Of a DNA stretch of 64,000 bases, positions 1-12,520 are shown piece after piece (positions within the stretch are counted from its first letter, which is position 1; each line of letters opens with the position of its first letter). A program made the position numbers and the translations under genes. Source of the DNA: Setoptus koraiensis (Eukaryota > Animalia > Arthropoda); the NCBI GenBank assembly GCA_048013815.1, contig CM106586.1, positions 6,448,001 through 6,512,000 on the forward strand. Direction: 5' to 3'. The notes beneath the pieces were generated by a model. That model saw only the letters and a program-made list of their open reading frames with translations. It was not told the origin of the DNA and searched no databases.

Positions 1-10
1 GAAATAGTAC

Positions 11-245
11 CTCTGTCATGTGCAAACGTTTTGTTTTTTCATTCAATGTAGATTGTGCAATCTTCAAGTCATGAGTTAACTTTTGATTCAGTTGCTCTAG
101 TCTATGTAGGCCCAGTCTAGCTTTATGGTACTTTTCCAATATTAATTTGGCATCTAACTTTACATGCTGACTAATTGTCTTGTAAGAGTTTAGTTCGAAC
201 GTTCTGCCAACTTCGCGCACCTTTCTAATGAGGTCCATCTCAAGT
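11..245 (-). CDS. CFAP157: CFAP157-like internal exon, absent from the supplied ORF track
   Basis: Acceptor ttctgtcAG|A CTT GAG ATG and donor ACA GAG|GTACTA; 235 nt = 1+78 codons with no stop; encodes (R)LEMDLIRKVREVGRTFELNSYKTISQHVKLDAK...KRLHMTE. Confidence 0.75.
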
Positions 246-3200
246 CTGACAGAAAAGGTCCCAGGGACACGTTTCAAATGGCGATAGTGATAGCATAGAC
301 ATATAGAGGATGGTAGTAGCGGATAGTGGAGACGATATAAATATATAATAGGTGTGTTATATTATCATTAATTAAGAACTCAATTCAAGGTATTGGCGGC
401 AATGGAGGGTGGCGATGGCGATTGCGCCGCTAGGGTTGCGGAAGTGATAGTGATTGTGTGCGGCGACGAGCTCATCTGACGTTGCCGGTGCTGCTTCGAC
501 TGCAAATTAATAGAATGCTTTTTGGTGGTGGTGGTGTGCAAATTAGAAAAGAACGTCTTTAGTTTGTTCAAATTAAGATTGGAGCTCGATCTAGAACGCG
601 ACGACGTCGATATACTTTGGCCACTTATGTTGGTCACGCCCGAGTCATTGCTGCTACTCGACGGGGCCTCGTGAATATCGAAACCCGACGGTGACCTACG
701 ATGATGATGCTGATGATGATCGGCATGGTGATGGTGATGATCATGATTATGGTAGTCGTCGGGCGACATGTTGTGTACACAACAAGTGTTTGTCTGTCCA
801 ATCGGAAGTGTCTGACCGTTACAATCAATTGTGTTGCATGCAAACTGTTGTTGTTGTCTGTGATGTTGATTGTTGTCATCAGAAATAGGTGATTGACTCC
901 TTGTTGATAGTGATGGCGATTTGCAACATTGTGCGGGCTTACCACCAGCCGTGGTCACCTGTTGTGCAATATTGTTGTTGTTGTCATTGTTGTTTATCGT
1001 TGCGCTGCCTTTGTCATTTTTAACATTACAATATCTACAAGTTGACGTAACACCGCTTGTTATAACTGTTGATGCGAAATTCTTTGAGGCCTTCCAAGCG
1101 CTTCGTGCAGTATCGTGCATTCTAGTTGACAATTTGGAGCCATACATGTCATCACTATCGGTTGATTTTGACTTGTTCAATCTGGCCGCATTGTAATTAT
1201 TGTTTTTGTTGTTATGGTCTTTGTTTGTTGCGCTGTTCATATCATCTTCACTACTGAAATCGCCAGAATTCGCCATTCGGTGCCTCATGGGACTGGGATT
1301 GTTTTCAACAACTATTATGGATGCATTCTCCAGGTTTGTACTGCTACTCAAATGCTTTCTAATAATCATCTCTTTTTCGTTGACGGTATTCATATCAACA
1401 ACAATATTACTGTTGTTGTTGTTATTTTGAGAGGATGCATCAGCCACGGTGTGAGAACTGTCCATACTGTTGTTCAGCACAATTCTATGAAAGATATCTT
1501 TTGAATCTTTTGGCGCCTCTCGGTGCTGATCTTTAAGCTTCGATTCGTACTCGTCAGCTCTAATGGAGGCAAATTATAAGTTGGGTCGTGTTGTCAGTGA
1601 CATTGTGAGCAAAATAATGATCCATTGATAAAAGCGACAAAAGCGAAATTAAATTCAAATAAAACAAAGGGCAAATGAGATGAAACGTTAACAACGGTGG
1701 TGCAAAATATAATAATAATAATAATTATAATTATAATTATAAATATAAATCAAAAACTATAATCGTGTGCAGTTATTGGCAAGCGAGCAAATCAGCAGCG
1801 CAACACTCACCTTTGTTTCTCTTTATCCACCATCTCATGCAAATGCTTCACCTGTTCCTCATATTTATCCTTTTCCTCTTTGATTTGTTCCTCTAACTGA
1901 CGCAATCTCTGAGCCATTTGCTCTTTATTTGCTATAAACTCTCTTACGTCACTCAATTGTGTCTCTGTTTAGTTTAACCACGAACCATACACACACCACA
2001 CATTTGGCCAGGCAACATGTTGTTAATTAGTGGTTGGTTAGACAAAAAAAGGATTGGTCATAAGTTTTAAATGGCGCAATTGTGGGATTAGCGATTCGCA
2101 GATAAAGATGAAAGATTATAGCTGATTTGTGGCTTCTGAATCTATTTTTATTTTGTCTAACCTGGCACTTAATGGTGCCAATTTGAGCCGTTCGGTCAGA
2201 TATAAAACTTGTCGGCTTTACTCACCTAACTCGTCCACTTTTTTTCTTGATTCATCGTCTCGTTGGCGAGCCTCGACAAGCGCATGATCGGCAGCCTTCC
2301 TACTCTGATCTGCCATTTCGTAAGCCTCGAGCAGTTTTTGATGATATTGTTCGCTTTGTTTTTCATGATCGCACAATTTCTCATGTAGTTCACTTTTCAA
2401 TTGATTAATTTGTTCTTCTTTATCTGAACTGATTCGCTCCAATTCATTAGTTAATCTCTCTTTTTCCGATTCTTGCCTGAGGTGACGGTGGTTGCCAGAT
2501 AAGCAGCGCGTTGTTGGTTTGATCGATTCGGCATAAATGATGATGTTGTTTGTGTGGCATTGTGCATGTCGTTTGTCAATGGTTGATTTGTAAAATAATA
2601 ATAATTTATAAGATGAAATTAAAAAGATAATTTCACCCACCGACACAGACACACACACACACACGGGGAAAGTGTAATAATAAAAATAATGCCAGTTCAA
2701 GGGAGAGAGATTAATGATCCGATTCGACACAATTTAATTTAATTTAATCTGATTTCAAATTCAAACCTAATGATCGATTTGGCTCAATCGAGTTGATTGG
2801 CTCAAATTGACACCGAGCCGCAATGGTGCCACTTAACTTGTCCTGTCCGGCGTGAGCTCGACAGTGTCAGCGCACGCCGAACAGGACAGGTCAAGCGGCA
2901 CTATTGCCGCAATAGTATTGCGGTGCAAGCTCGCCAAGACAAGATACTACGATGCAATAAATAATTGGCAAAAGTCTCACTCACCTGTCTATCTGTTCTT
3001 GCAGCGCTCTCAATTTGTTTATCATGGACGTGCGGTCAGTGGGCACACGAAAGGGCAGCTTGGTGCCGCCAGAGGCCGGGTGATGATTATTGTTTGTTGT
3101 ATTATGCAAAGTTGATAATGTTTGCGATTTTTGCTGATGATGCCCGTTAAGTGATGCGGTTGTTAGCTGTTGACTTTTTGGCGTAGGTATATGCGATAAA

Positions 3201-3745
3201 TTAGTCTTATGCGCTGTTCCGTTGCTTGTTGCCATTTTGTGGTGATGATTAATATTATTGTTGGTTGAATTTAAATTTGAATTTGAATTTTGTCTGGTGT
3301 GCACCATGTTTGTTGGAGTTCTTGATTTAGTTGCTGTTGCTCTAGTTAAAGTGGCATGAGATAAATTTGTCATGGAGGTAGACTTGCTTCTATTACCGCT
3401 GGCCGTTGTTGTTGTTGTTGTGGCTAAATTTAATCTTGAGGTCGATGATTTAAGATGACTATTTGATGTGGACATGAGCCCTGTTGACTTGCCAAGATGC
3501 GAATGTGCCGTTGTTGTTGTTGTTGCTTGGTTGCCAGCGGTCTTGCCATTATTGTTGGCGTTGTTATTAGCATTGGTGGCGCGCTTATAGTTGTTCGCCA
3601 TTAGCCTAGCGGAGGACATGATGATGGCTGTTGTTAATCGTTTTTGTTGGTGCCGTTGCTGTTGTTGCCGTTGTTGCCGTTGTTGGCGTTGCTGCCGATG
3701 CGGTTGTTGCTGCGGTTGAACCGTCAATCGCTGCGCTTCTGATAG
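11..3745 (-). CDS. CFAP157: CFAP157-like ciliary coiled-coil protein; multi-exon, 3' end continues beyond the left edge of the window
   Basis: Phase-consistent exons 3745-2985, 2476-2226, 1964-1811 and 245-11 (junction phases 2/1/2/0, all GT-AG). The joined protein reads ...NKLRALQEQIDRQESEKERLTNELERISSDKEEQINQLKSEL...LSDVREFIANKEQMAQRLRQLEEQIKEEKDKYEEQVKHLHEMVDKEKQRLEMDLIRKVREVGRTF. It aligns largely ungapped with human CFAP157 as recalled ([56 protein letters not shown]). Not database-verified. Confidence 0.72.
380..1559 (-). CDS. Alternative terminal exon of the CFAP157-like gene (or nested same-strand ORF); ~392 aa N/S/H/Q-rich disordered tail
   Basis: Acceptor ctccattAG|A GCT GAC GAG (phase 2) is compatible with the exon ending at 1811; 1180 nt open to TGA at 382-380; extends the 380..1480 ORF upstream. 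Confidence 0.55.
1811..1964 (-). CDS. CFAP157: CFAP157-like exon, absent from the ORF track
   Basis: ctaaacAG|AG ACA CAA ... AAA CAA AG|GTGAGT; 154 nt, phase 1 to phase 2; encodes ETQLSDVREFIANKEQMAQRLRQLEEQIKEEK... Confidence 0.8.
2226..2476 (-). CDS. CFAP157: CFAP157-like exon (coiled coil)
   Basis: cacctcAG|G CAA GAA TCG ... GAG TTA G|GTGAGT; lies within ORF 2218..2730; E/K/Q-rich heptads. Confidence 0.82.
2985..3745 (-). CDS. CFAP157: CFAP157-like 5' coding exon with a long low-complexity N-terminal extension; likely start ATG at 3619 (MSSARLMANN...)
   Basis: ORF 2981..3727; donor GAC AG|GTGAGT at 2985; candidate acceptor ctattttAG at 3746-47; ATG at 3619 in a gccatcatcATGt context. The 5' boundary is uncertain. 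Confidence 0.7.
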
Positions 3746-3988
3746 CTAAAATAGTAGCCACTGTTATGTAATGTGTGTGTGTGTGTGTGTGTGTGAGCGA
3801 TGGCTCAACTTCCACTACAACTGTATAATGTTACGTAATGGCTGCCGTGGTCTATAGAGGATTGGCCAAAGATAGCACGGCATCAAATCACTGCGCGCCA
3901 CCTGTTTGTTAATGCCGTTGCTGCTGTTGTTGTTGTTGCCTCTGTTGTTGTTGTTGTTGTTGTTGATGTTGCTGTTGCCTCTGTTGTT

Positions 3989-4020
<32 letters not shown>

Positions 4021-4941
4021 CTCTGTTGTTGTTGATGTTGTTGTTGTTGCTGCGGTCGGTGTGCCGGGCCGCGATGGCAAACAAGTCAAACAGTTTACAA
4101 TAATATATTATATCCAAACTCAACTAGCTTGCCAATAAATGCGGCCGTCGTCACTCATCGATGGCCATTGTGTGTGTCTCACAAATAATCAAGAGTGTGT
4201 GTTTATTCAGCTTGTTTGTTTGTCTCGTCTGCTTATTTGTGAGTGATGGTGGTGGTCGTTTAAAGCGTCGCTCGTCTCGACGGTCGCCGTCCGATCGGCA
4301 GTGATTAATTATCGCTGATTGAATTATGAATCGACTTGTCGCAATTGTGGCGCCGACTCGCAGTTTTCGGCAGCAACTACAAACGCAAAAACGGTCGCAA
4401 TATCGATCAATGTTTGCCGATCATTGCGCGCGATTGTCGACAATTGGCTCCGTTGGCCCCCAACCTGCTGACTGTCTGCTATTGACTAATTGACCGATTG
4501 TTAATTGCAACTGGCTAATTGCTAATTGTAAGTGGATGCCGCTAATTAATAGTATCAATTGGTCGAGTGTTGTAAGGCGACGCTCGCTGTTTGTCAATTG
4601 TGTCTCTATCTCACATCCTCTGTAACTATATCGTTTTGGTGGCGATGTGAGTCGCATTCGCATTTGTGTCGCGCATCAAGCTTGTGCAAACAATTTTGTT
4701 CGCTAATTCGCTGATTCACTTGTCGTTGCTGCACTTGTTGTTGCGCTGTAGTTGCTGCAGTGGTTGCAGTTGTTGCTGTTGATATTGCTGCAGTTGTTGT
4801 TGTTGTTGCGCTGTTGTTGCTGCAGTTGCTGCCGGTGCGGCCGTCGGAGCGGAAGACGCTGGCTCGCCGGAGAGAGTGCTCGCCAGAACTCAACTCGACG
4901 CTGTTTCTCAATGATTATGGCGAGGCCACAATTAACTTGCG

Positions 4942-4973
<32 letters not shown>

Positions 4974-7900
4974 GCTGCTGTAGTTGAGGCTGCTGTTGAT
5001 GCTGTTGTTGTTGGTGCGATTGTTGCTGCGTTCGCTGGCGAGACTGTTGTCGTTGTGCTGCGGTGGTTGGTGCGGCGGTTGGCGCGGCGGTTGCAGTGGT
5101 AACCGGCGGTGATATCTCATGAATACAAATTAACTGCTATTGGCTGTTGGCATATGCGCTCGCTTGTAATGTCTATATTGACCCTTGACGCGGCCACTTT
5201 AATCTCCCCACAATCTGGCCCTATCTCTATTTAAATCTCGGCTTGCTGCTAGCTATCGACGTTTTGTGTCTCTACAGTGTTTCTATCTGTTGTTGCTGTT
5301 GTTGCCGTTGTTGTTGTTGTTGCCGTTGTTGCCGTTGTTGTTGTTGTTGCCGTTGTTGCTGTTGTTGCTGTTGTTGAGTGTTGTTGCTAATGTTGCTGTT
5401 GTGTGTTGTTGTTGTGTGTTGTTGTTGCTGGTGTTGTTGTGCGTTGTCCACTTTGCGACTATTAATCTCTCTCACGTTGCCCACATTGATGATCTCTTAA
5501 AAGAATTGACGAATCTTGCTGTTATTTGTGTGCTGGTTATTGCAAGTTGCAACAACATAGAAACATAGACACAGAAAAGTTTAAACACTCGCTGCAACTA
5601 TCGTTGGCAAACAAATATGCCCATGATGTAACAAACAAATATGACGACGATGTAACAAACAAAGAGCCAGACTTTCTTCGGCCGCAATAACTCAAATGCT
5701 GACTCGCTATCGTCTGAACAAATCTATCCCTAAAATATATCCTAAAATGTGTGTGTGTGTGTGTGTGCCCACCAATGGGCTACTTGATGATTTATTGCGC
5801 TAACAAGTGGCAGCGCTCGCTTCTTCGCTGTGTCAAATGAGTATCGTCGGTTGGATATCGTCAGTTGGATGCCGTCGGTTGGATGGCGTCAGTCGGATAG
5901 CGTCAGTTGAACACTGTCAGCTCACTACTAGCATCGCTGGCAGCACAGGTGAGTGGTCGGCTGTTATATCTGGATATAACAGGTACACAGCAGATATAAA
6001 CAGTTGATATATGTTGTTGTTTACGCCACCTATGTGTTTGTTTTATGTCTTGTTTGTGTGTTGTGTGTGTGTTCTTGTGGCGCACACGATGTGATATGTG
6101 TATCTAGCCACTACAATGTCTAGCCGGCTCGGCGCTGCAATATCCAGCTAGCTTGATACTGGCCAGACGCTCGCCCGACAACCGGAGGGGCAGCGCTGTG
6201 CGCTGGCCAGTTGTCACCGCTGCTCCAGTTTCGAAGCTGTTCTCAGTGCTGCCGTCTGCGCTTGTTCCACTTGTTCTGTGCCGCTGTGCCGATATTCCGC
6301 TGAGCCACTGTGCCGATATGCCGCTGTGCAGCGGTCAAGCAGCAGCCCTGACATGTACAGTGTCGCCAAGTGCGCCCCCAAACGCAGACAGTGGCGCCAG
6401 CGCGGACAGGTACGCAACTGCCAGTGGACAGGTGAACAAGTGGACAGGTGAACAGGTGAGCGCGCTGCGCGCACAGCTTGCGCAACACAGTGAGAGTGGG
6501 CGGCGTCTCGGGGCGGCGCAGGCCATCGCATGCCCCCCAATAGAGTGTGTGTGTGTGCGTGTGTGTGTTTTCTAACAAGTGTGTGTGTGCGTGTGATACA
6601 GGCACAATTGTGTTAGCGGCAGCAAGCCTTGCGAATCAGCGATGGTCACGATAATTAACTGCCATTGGCCAGTTGACGTCGCTAATCGAGTTGCGCAACC
6701 GCCTGTGCGACAGGTAGCCCGGCGAGGTGTGCGCTGGCCGCTGCGAGCGCTGCTAGCGACCGTGTGATTTATCTCCTCTGTGAGTCCATTGTTTATGCCC
6801 GTAAAACCGTTAAACTTTCGCTGCTGGACAACACACAGTTTGGCTCACGCTGGCAAGCTTGTTGTGAGTCTAATTGGCCAAGCTAAATTGGCCAAATTGG
6901 CTAAATTTGGCCACCGAACGCCGAACACCGAGAGCGTCTCAAGCTCGCCTCACCTGTGCGCTGCGCAGTGTTGCATTTGGCGGGTATTAGTGCGCTCGCT
7001 GCGAGAGCCATAAAACAACTGACTGGCGTTGGCTGGCCAAAGTGCGTGATTTATGTCCGATTGGCCGGACAAAGTTTGACGCAACACGACACACGATAAT
7101 GATGTCAATAATGACGCGCAAACGGCCACTAGGTGGCTCGCGAGCGAATCGCTCGCCTAGAATTATTCTAGGCTAGAATGAGCCCGGCGAGTGTCTGGCC
7201 GGCAATGGTCGATCATCGACGCTCGATGGGCGCATATGTTGCTGCCACCGTGTTATTTTGTGTTATTTGTTGTTTGGTGTCGCCAGCGTCGATCACAAAT
7301 GATAAATTGTAGCCAATTTCGCGCACAATTTATGCAATTTATGCAGTTACATAACAACGAACTGGACGATGGACCAAGGTAGTTGCGCTCAACGCCCTCT
7401 TCTGGCGGCCACCGGCAGCACCGGGCACAGGTAGGTGTGTAGGTGGAGCACGATGACACGATAGATGACACAGTGGATGACAAAGTGGACGATACAGGCG
7501 ATGATACAGTGGTAATAACAATGATGATAATGTGATTTCGGCCAGTGTGTGTGTGAGCAGTTTGCAGCCGATGGCCGACAGGGCGTGCTCATTAGCCATT
7601 GTTGGCCCATTAACAGGCAACAAATGGGTGCGATATTGCACAACACTACCTGTACAACTGTATCAAACTGTATCAAATTGTATCACAGCGCACTGCTCAT
7701 GATGTAACATTATTTAGCATTATCCAACATTATTTAGCATTATTCAACATTATTTAGCATTGTGTGTAACATTATGTAACACTAACAATTGCAAGCAGCA
7801 TTATGTAACAACACGACGCCGACTGAACAACAATCAGTGTTGTCTGCAGTTGTAGTTGTAGTTGTAGTTGCTGTTGTCGTTGTCGTTGTTGTCGTTGTTG

Positions 7901-10900
7901 TCGTTATCGTTTTCGTTATAATGAATTCAGCTCATAATGATAATGTTACATAATGTGTGCACTATAAACTGTGTGTGAGTAGTATAAACTGTGAGCAGTA
8001 TAAACTGGCTAATTGTCACAAATATACGAGCGCACACATTGTGATATATGGCGACTGAGATCGTTCGTTGGTTGCTTGCAGTTGCTTGCATCAGCAACTG
8101 CCGACAGGCAAACAAACAAACAGATAAACAATGCTCATGATACACATCAAGCTTGTATCAAGCTTGTATCAAGCGAGCGGCGAGACCAACTGGCGAGATG
8201 GCAATGTCAGCCATGGCGAGCCGGTCGGTCTCAGCGAGCGAATCTCAGCCAGCGAATCGGAGCCGAGCGAAAACACAATGGCTCTCATGATGCCGGCCAG
8301 AGATAGTCTGAGATTTGGATTTGCGATTCTTTTCGCAATTGTCAGCCGGACCGTGAGCCCTGGCGCTGGCAACTTGTCAGTGTCTGGCCAACGATTCCGA
8401 CAATTTATTGCGACACTGCGTTTATCTGGCACCAGTGCGTGCGTGTGTGTGTTTTCCAACAAGAGTGTGTGTTTTCTGACAAGTGTGTGTGTGTGTGTGT
8501 GTGTGTGAGCAGGCGACGGATAAACAAACAAAGTTAATTGATGTCATACATGCTGCTGACTCTGCCAAACCGGCCGGCGAGCCGGACCAATTTCGGGCCG
8601 GCCCGGCCCGGCCGCTCATTGAATATGGAGCAGGCGGCAATCTGTGCCGGCATCGCTGGCCGCCGTTGCCGGGATCAGCCAGGCAGTCGCAGATCGCGCT
8701 GCTAATGATATTGTTTTATCCGATGCCGTCGCGGCCGGTATAGAGCATCGAGCTCGCCCGACGTTCGCTCATGCTTTAGCCTGGATAAATTATCCAGATA
8801 TTGCGCTCTGCAAATATTATAATAAAGCCACATATCTGGATAAGCAGATATCTGGTGCACCCAGCCGGCCAAGTGTGTGCAAGCAGCCAATGTAACAATA
8901 ATAAACATAATGTGGGCGAGCGAGCAACGAGACCGAGGCTGGCCAGTTGAACTGGCGCCGATCGCCGATAACTGGCGATAATAATAATAATTCCCCTTCA
9001 ATTGTTTGTTTGCATCGTGCTGCCACATAATGATGCGCGCCGCGCACAATTAACATTGTACAATTGTAAGCGTTACGTCATAGACGGTGAGCCGATACGT
9101 GAGTCATTACGTCATTTGATCAGCATCGTTGCGTCATCCGATCAGCATCACGGTGAGCGGCGGCGCTGAGCGATGAGCCGATTGTGATGGCCGGCCATCA
9201 TGCAACAGGTAGTCGTCATGTGGCGAGTTGGTGCAGCCGGCATCGAGCGGCGGCCGGCATCGATTGACGGGCAAACGCGATCAGCGGCCGCTCGTTAATT
9301 GCAACTGCTGATTTGTGATTCTAATTATTATCATCATTATTGTTGCTGTTACGTAACTAATCACCGCTAACAACGATCGCGCTGCAGTCGCCGGCGACTG
9401 TGCAACAATTTGTTAATTTGTAAATTGTCTCGCCGGCCACAGGCAAGTTCGCCAGCGCCGCCAGCGCTGCTGAGACAACCACCGAACAACAACCGAAGCA
9501 ACCACCGAACAACCGTCGAAACGACAACCGAGCAACAACCAATACAACAACAAAAACAACAACAAAAACAACAACAAAAACAACAACCGAAACAACCACC
9601 GAAACGACAACAACTCGAAACGGGGCGAGTCGAGGCGCGGCCAGAGCGCAGCGAGAGTGTCATGAGTGCGAGTGTATTATGTAACACCTCCGACAGCGGC
9701 CCATTTGATGAGCTAAACAGGCTGTCATTACACTTGCGCAAAGTTGATTCATTGTATCATCATTAGCAATCGTTGTGTCGGCCGGCTCGTATGCTCGAGT
9801 CAGCAGTCAGCTGACTGATACAGATTGTTTGGCGGGCGGTTGTTGGTTATTAGTTGTTGATTGCCGACGATGATCACAATCAGGTGATCAGACCACGATG
9901 CGCCGCCACCGGCCAATCTATCAATCATCCGATCTGAGCTCAGTCTGTGCGACCGGCCGACCGTGCCCGCCCGCTCCACTGTCCGCTACCCGGCCCGCCG
10001 AGCGACCGGCGCCTACCGACCGCGGCCAGGCCAGCCAGGGCAAGCGAGCGAGGCCACGCGAGCGAGGGCAAGTGACTGTTTGAGTGCAACAAGTTGTTGC
10101 AAAGTAGCTGCGGGTTGCTGCGAGCTGTCGGGGCACTTTCAAGTTGCAACTGTTTGCAATGACAGTGACGGGCAAGCGTCGATCACTCTCGCGTCGGGTT
10201 GCCGGGCAGCCGCAGCCGGCCACTGGTGGCGCGAGCGCTCCCAATTGGGCAATCGCTGACACCGCTGATATCGTCGACTCCGTTAATTCGTCGACTTCGT
10301 TGATTTTGTTGATCTCGTTGCGAGAGAGCGAGCGAGAGTTCGGTCGAGTTCGCCGAGACTCACAAGACTATTATGCAACTGCTGACCACTGGTGATGATC
10401 GTGACGACGATTGTGACGCCGATGCCGACGATTATGATGCTGACGGTGATGGCATCATTAGTGGCGCCACAATGGGTTAGCTAGTTGGATTATGCGAGTG
10501 TCAGTTGCATCGTCGGCAGTTGCGTAACACAGTTGCATACAGTTGCATACAGTTGCATAATGCAGTTACATGTTATGGGCTGTCATGTAAGGCTGTTGTG
10601 AGCCTGTTATGTAACTTACCTGTTATAATGTAAGGCACGTCAGCTGCTGATTGGCGGTCAGCTGATGATTGGCGCACGGCTAACGATGCCGGCTCTAAAT
10701 TACAACTGACACGAGCTGCAATTCATTCATTCAATTCACGCTGGCCGGCTTGTGAGTTTGGCCGTTGGTGATAACGGCGGCCAACAAGCTGCTGTTGCGT
10801 AACAAGCTGCTGTTGTTTGGTTTGTACAAGTGTGCAATTCGCGGCTTGTTGCTGCTGACCGTTACCTGTGTAATGATAGATGGCGAGCGCATCCAATGTG

Positions 10901-12424
10901 TGCGCCGATTGTTGACACTTTTGTGATGGGACCAGATTCAGTCAGCTGACACCGTCAAAAGTGAGTGACAAGTGTGACAGTCACTGTCAGCCAGTCACCG
11001 TGTGACAGTCACTGTCTGACAGTCGAGGTGCTGCAACTAAAACAGCGCCATTAATGTCCAGCTGGCATGACGTTAATGTGAGAGGCGGCATTGATGTCAG
11101 CGGCATTAATGTCAGACACCAATACACCAATGCACGCCATTGAATAGCCTACGTTACGTAAGTTACCTAAGTTACGTAAGCTACGTAAGTTACGTAAGGC
11201 CATTGATAAACCATTGAAACATGACACATGCAAATGGCGTCGCTCGTTCGGTTGTTTGTTTGTTTGTCTGCTCATTGTTTGTTCATTGTTTGTTGTTTGT
11301 CATTGTTGGCCAACGGGCCCGGCGTTGCGCTGACCGGCCCCGTTTATCTCCTTACTTAGATAACGAGATTGCAACAATGTGACTCTTTGGTGTCGGCGCC
11401 ATCATCAACGCCAACAGCACAGCCAACAGCGTCATCAACGGCATCATCAGCGGCAACGGCAACAGGTTGTTGGCGAGACGTGCGCTTGTCGGCCTGCGCT
11501 GGCGGCCTAGATGGTGTCACCCTATTTGGGCTGACAATTGCGCCACTGTCGCTGTTTTCAATCAGTCGCTTCAATCCAATAATAATTACGATGGCAACAA
11601 TAATAACAAGTTTCGCGCAACAACAACATCGACAACAACAACAACAACACCAGCAGCAACAACAACGACAACAACAACGACGACAACAACAACAACGACG
11701 ACGACAGCAACGGCAACAACAGTACAATAAAATGTCTTTGTAATGACAAGGCGACTTGCGCAACAACAAAGCAAGGTGTTATCATAATACAATATTATGC
11801 AATATTCGCGAATGGCCGCGCCGAGCAAACACCTAAACACCGTCGGCCGACACTGTCCGAATTGGACAGTCCGATATTTAGTGTGGACAGCGTTGCGCGC
11901 GCTGCCAGTGCGAGGTGGGCCGCCGCGCGCGAAAACAGTTGTCTCGCCCGGTGTCGTTGCATGGGAGTTGTCCGAACGCGACAGCGCTGTTTGCAACAAC
12001 AGCGACAACAACAACAGCAGCACTGTTTGTAACAGCGGCAACAACAACGGCAACAACTGCACTGTTTGTAACAGCAACAACAGACGGCCGAGAAGCCAAC
12101 GAAACGAAGACGATAAAACGAACAGCGTGTAACGAGAGAACGCACCACAATAACAGGGCACAGGGGATAATAACAATGCAAATAATGGTATGAGAAAGGC
12201 GTAAGAAAAGAAAAGAAACTCGATAAAAGTTCTCCCATGGCAGGGCCACTCTCCCATGGTGCCGGGCGGCTGTGCAAATTGTTGTTGGTCGTTGTCTGTT
12301 GCCGCTTGAATTGGAATTGGCCGCTCGAACGCGGCGGCGGAGCCTGTTGTGCAAACAGCGTCACTCTTCTTTTTCGGCTTGTTGGCGGCGCGCTGACCGC
12401 TCCAAGTTCGGACGGTGGCCGAAG

Positions 12425-12520
12425 CCGCCAATCGCCCGAGCTGCCAGTCGCCCGAGCCGCCAATCGCCCGAGCCGCCAATCGCCCGAGCCGCCAGTGGCC
12501 CGAGCCGCCAGTTGCCAGAG
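12425..12520 (+). repeat. 16-bp GC-rich minisatellite (CCGCCAATCGCCCGAG) x6
   Basis: Six tandem degenerate copies read directly from the sequence. Confidence 0.9.

Noticed and set aside
380-382. Stop-codon readthrough joining the 380..1559 frame to the 245 exon
   Set aside because: The TGA-G context is not a leaky one, and the 245 exon has its own phase-matched acceptor for the 1811 donor.
3815-5568. Poly-N/T/Q/L ORFs upstream of the CFAP157-like exon
   Set aside because: Microsatellite translations; I could not link them to the 3745 acceptor with a convincing phase-0 donor.
9410-9766. Q-rich plus-strand ORF (...GPFDELNRLSLHLRK)
   Set aside because: Short, repeat-driven, no ATG and no homology; cannot be supported as coding.
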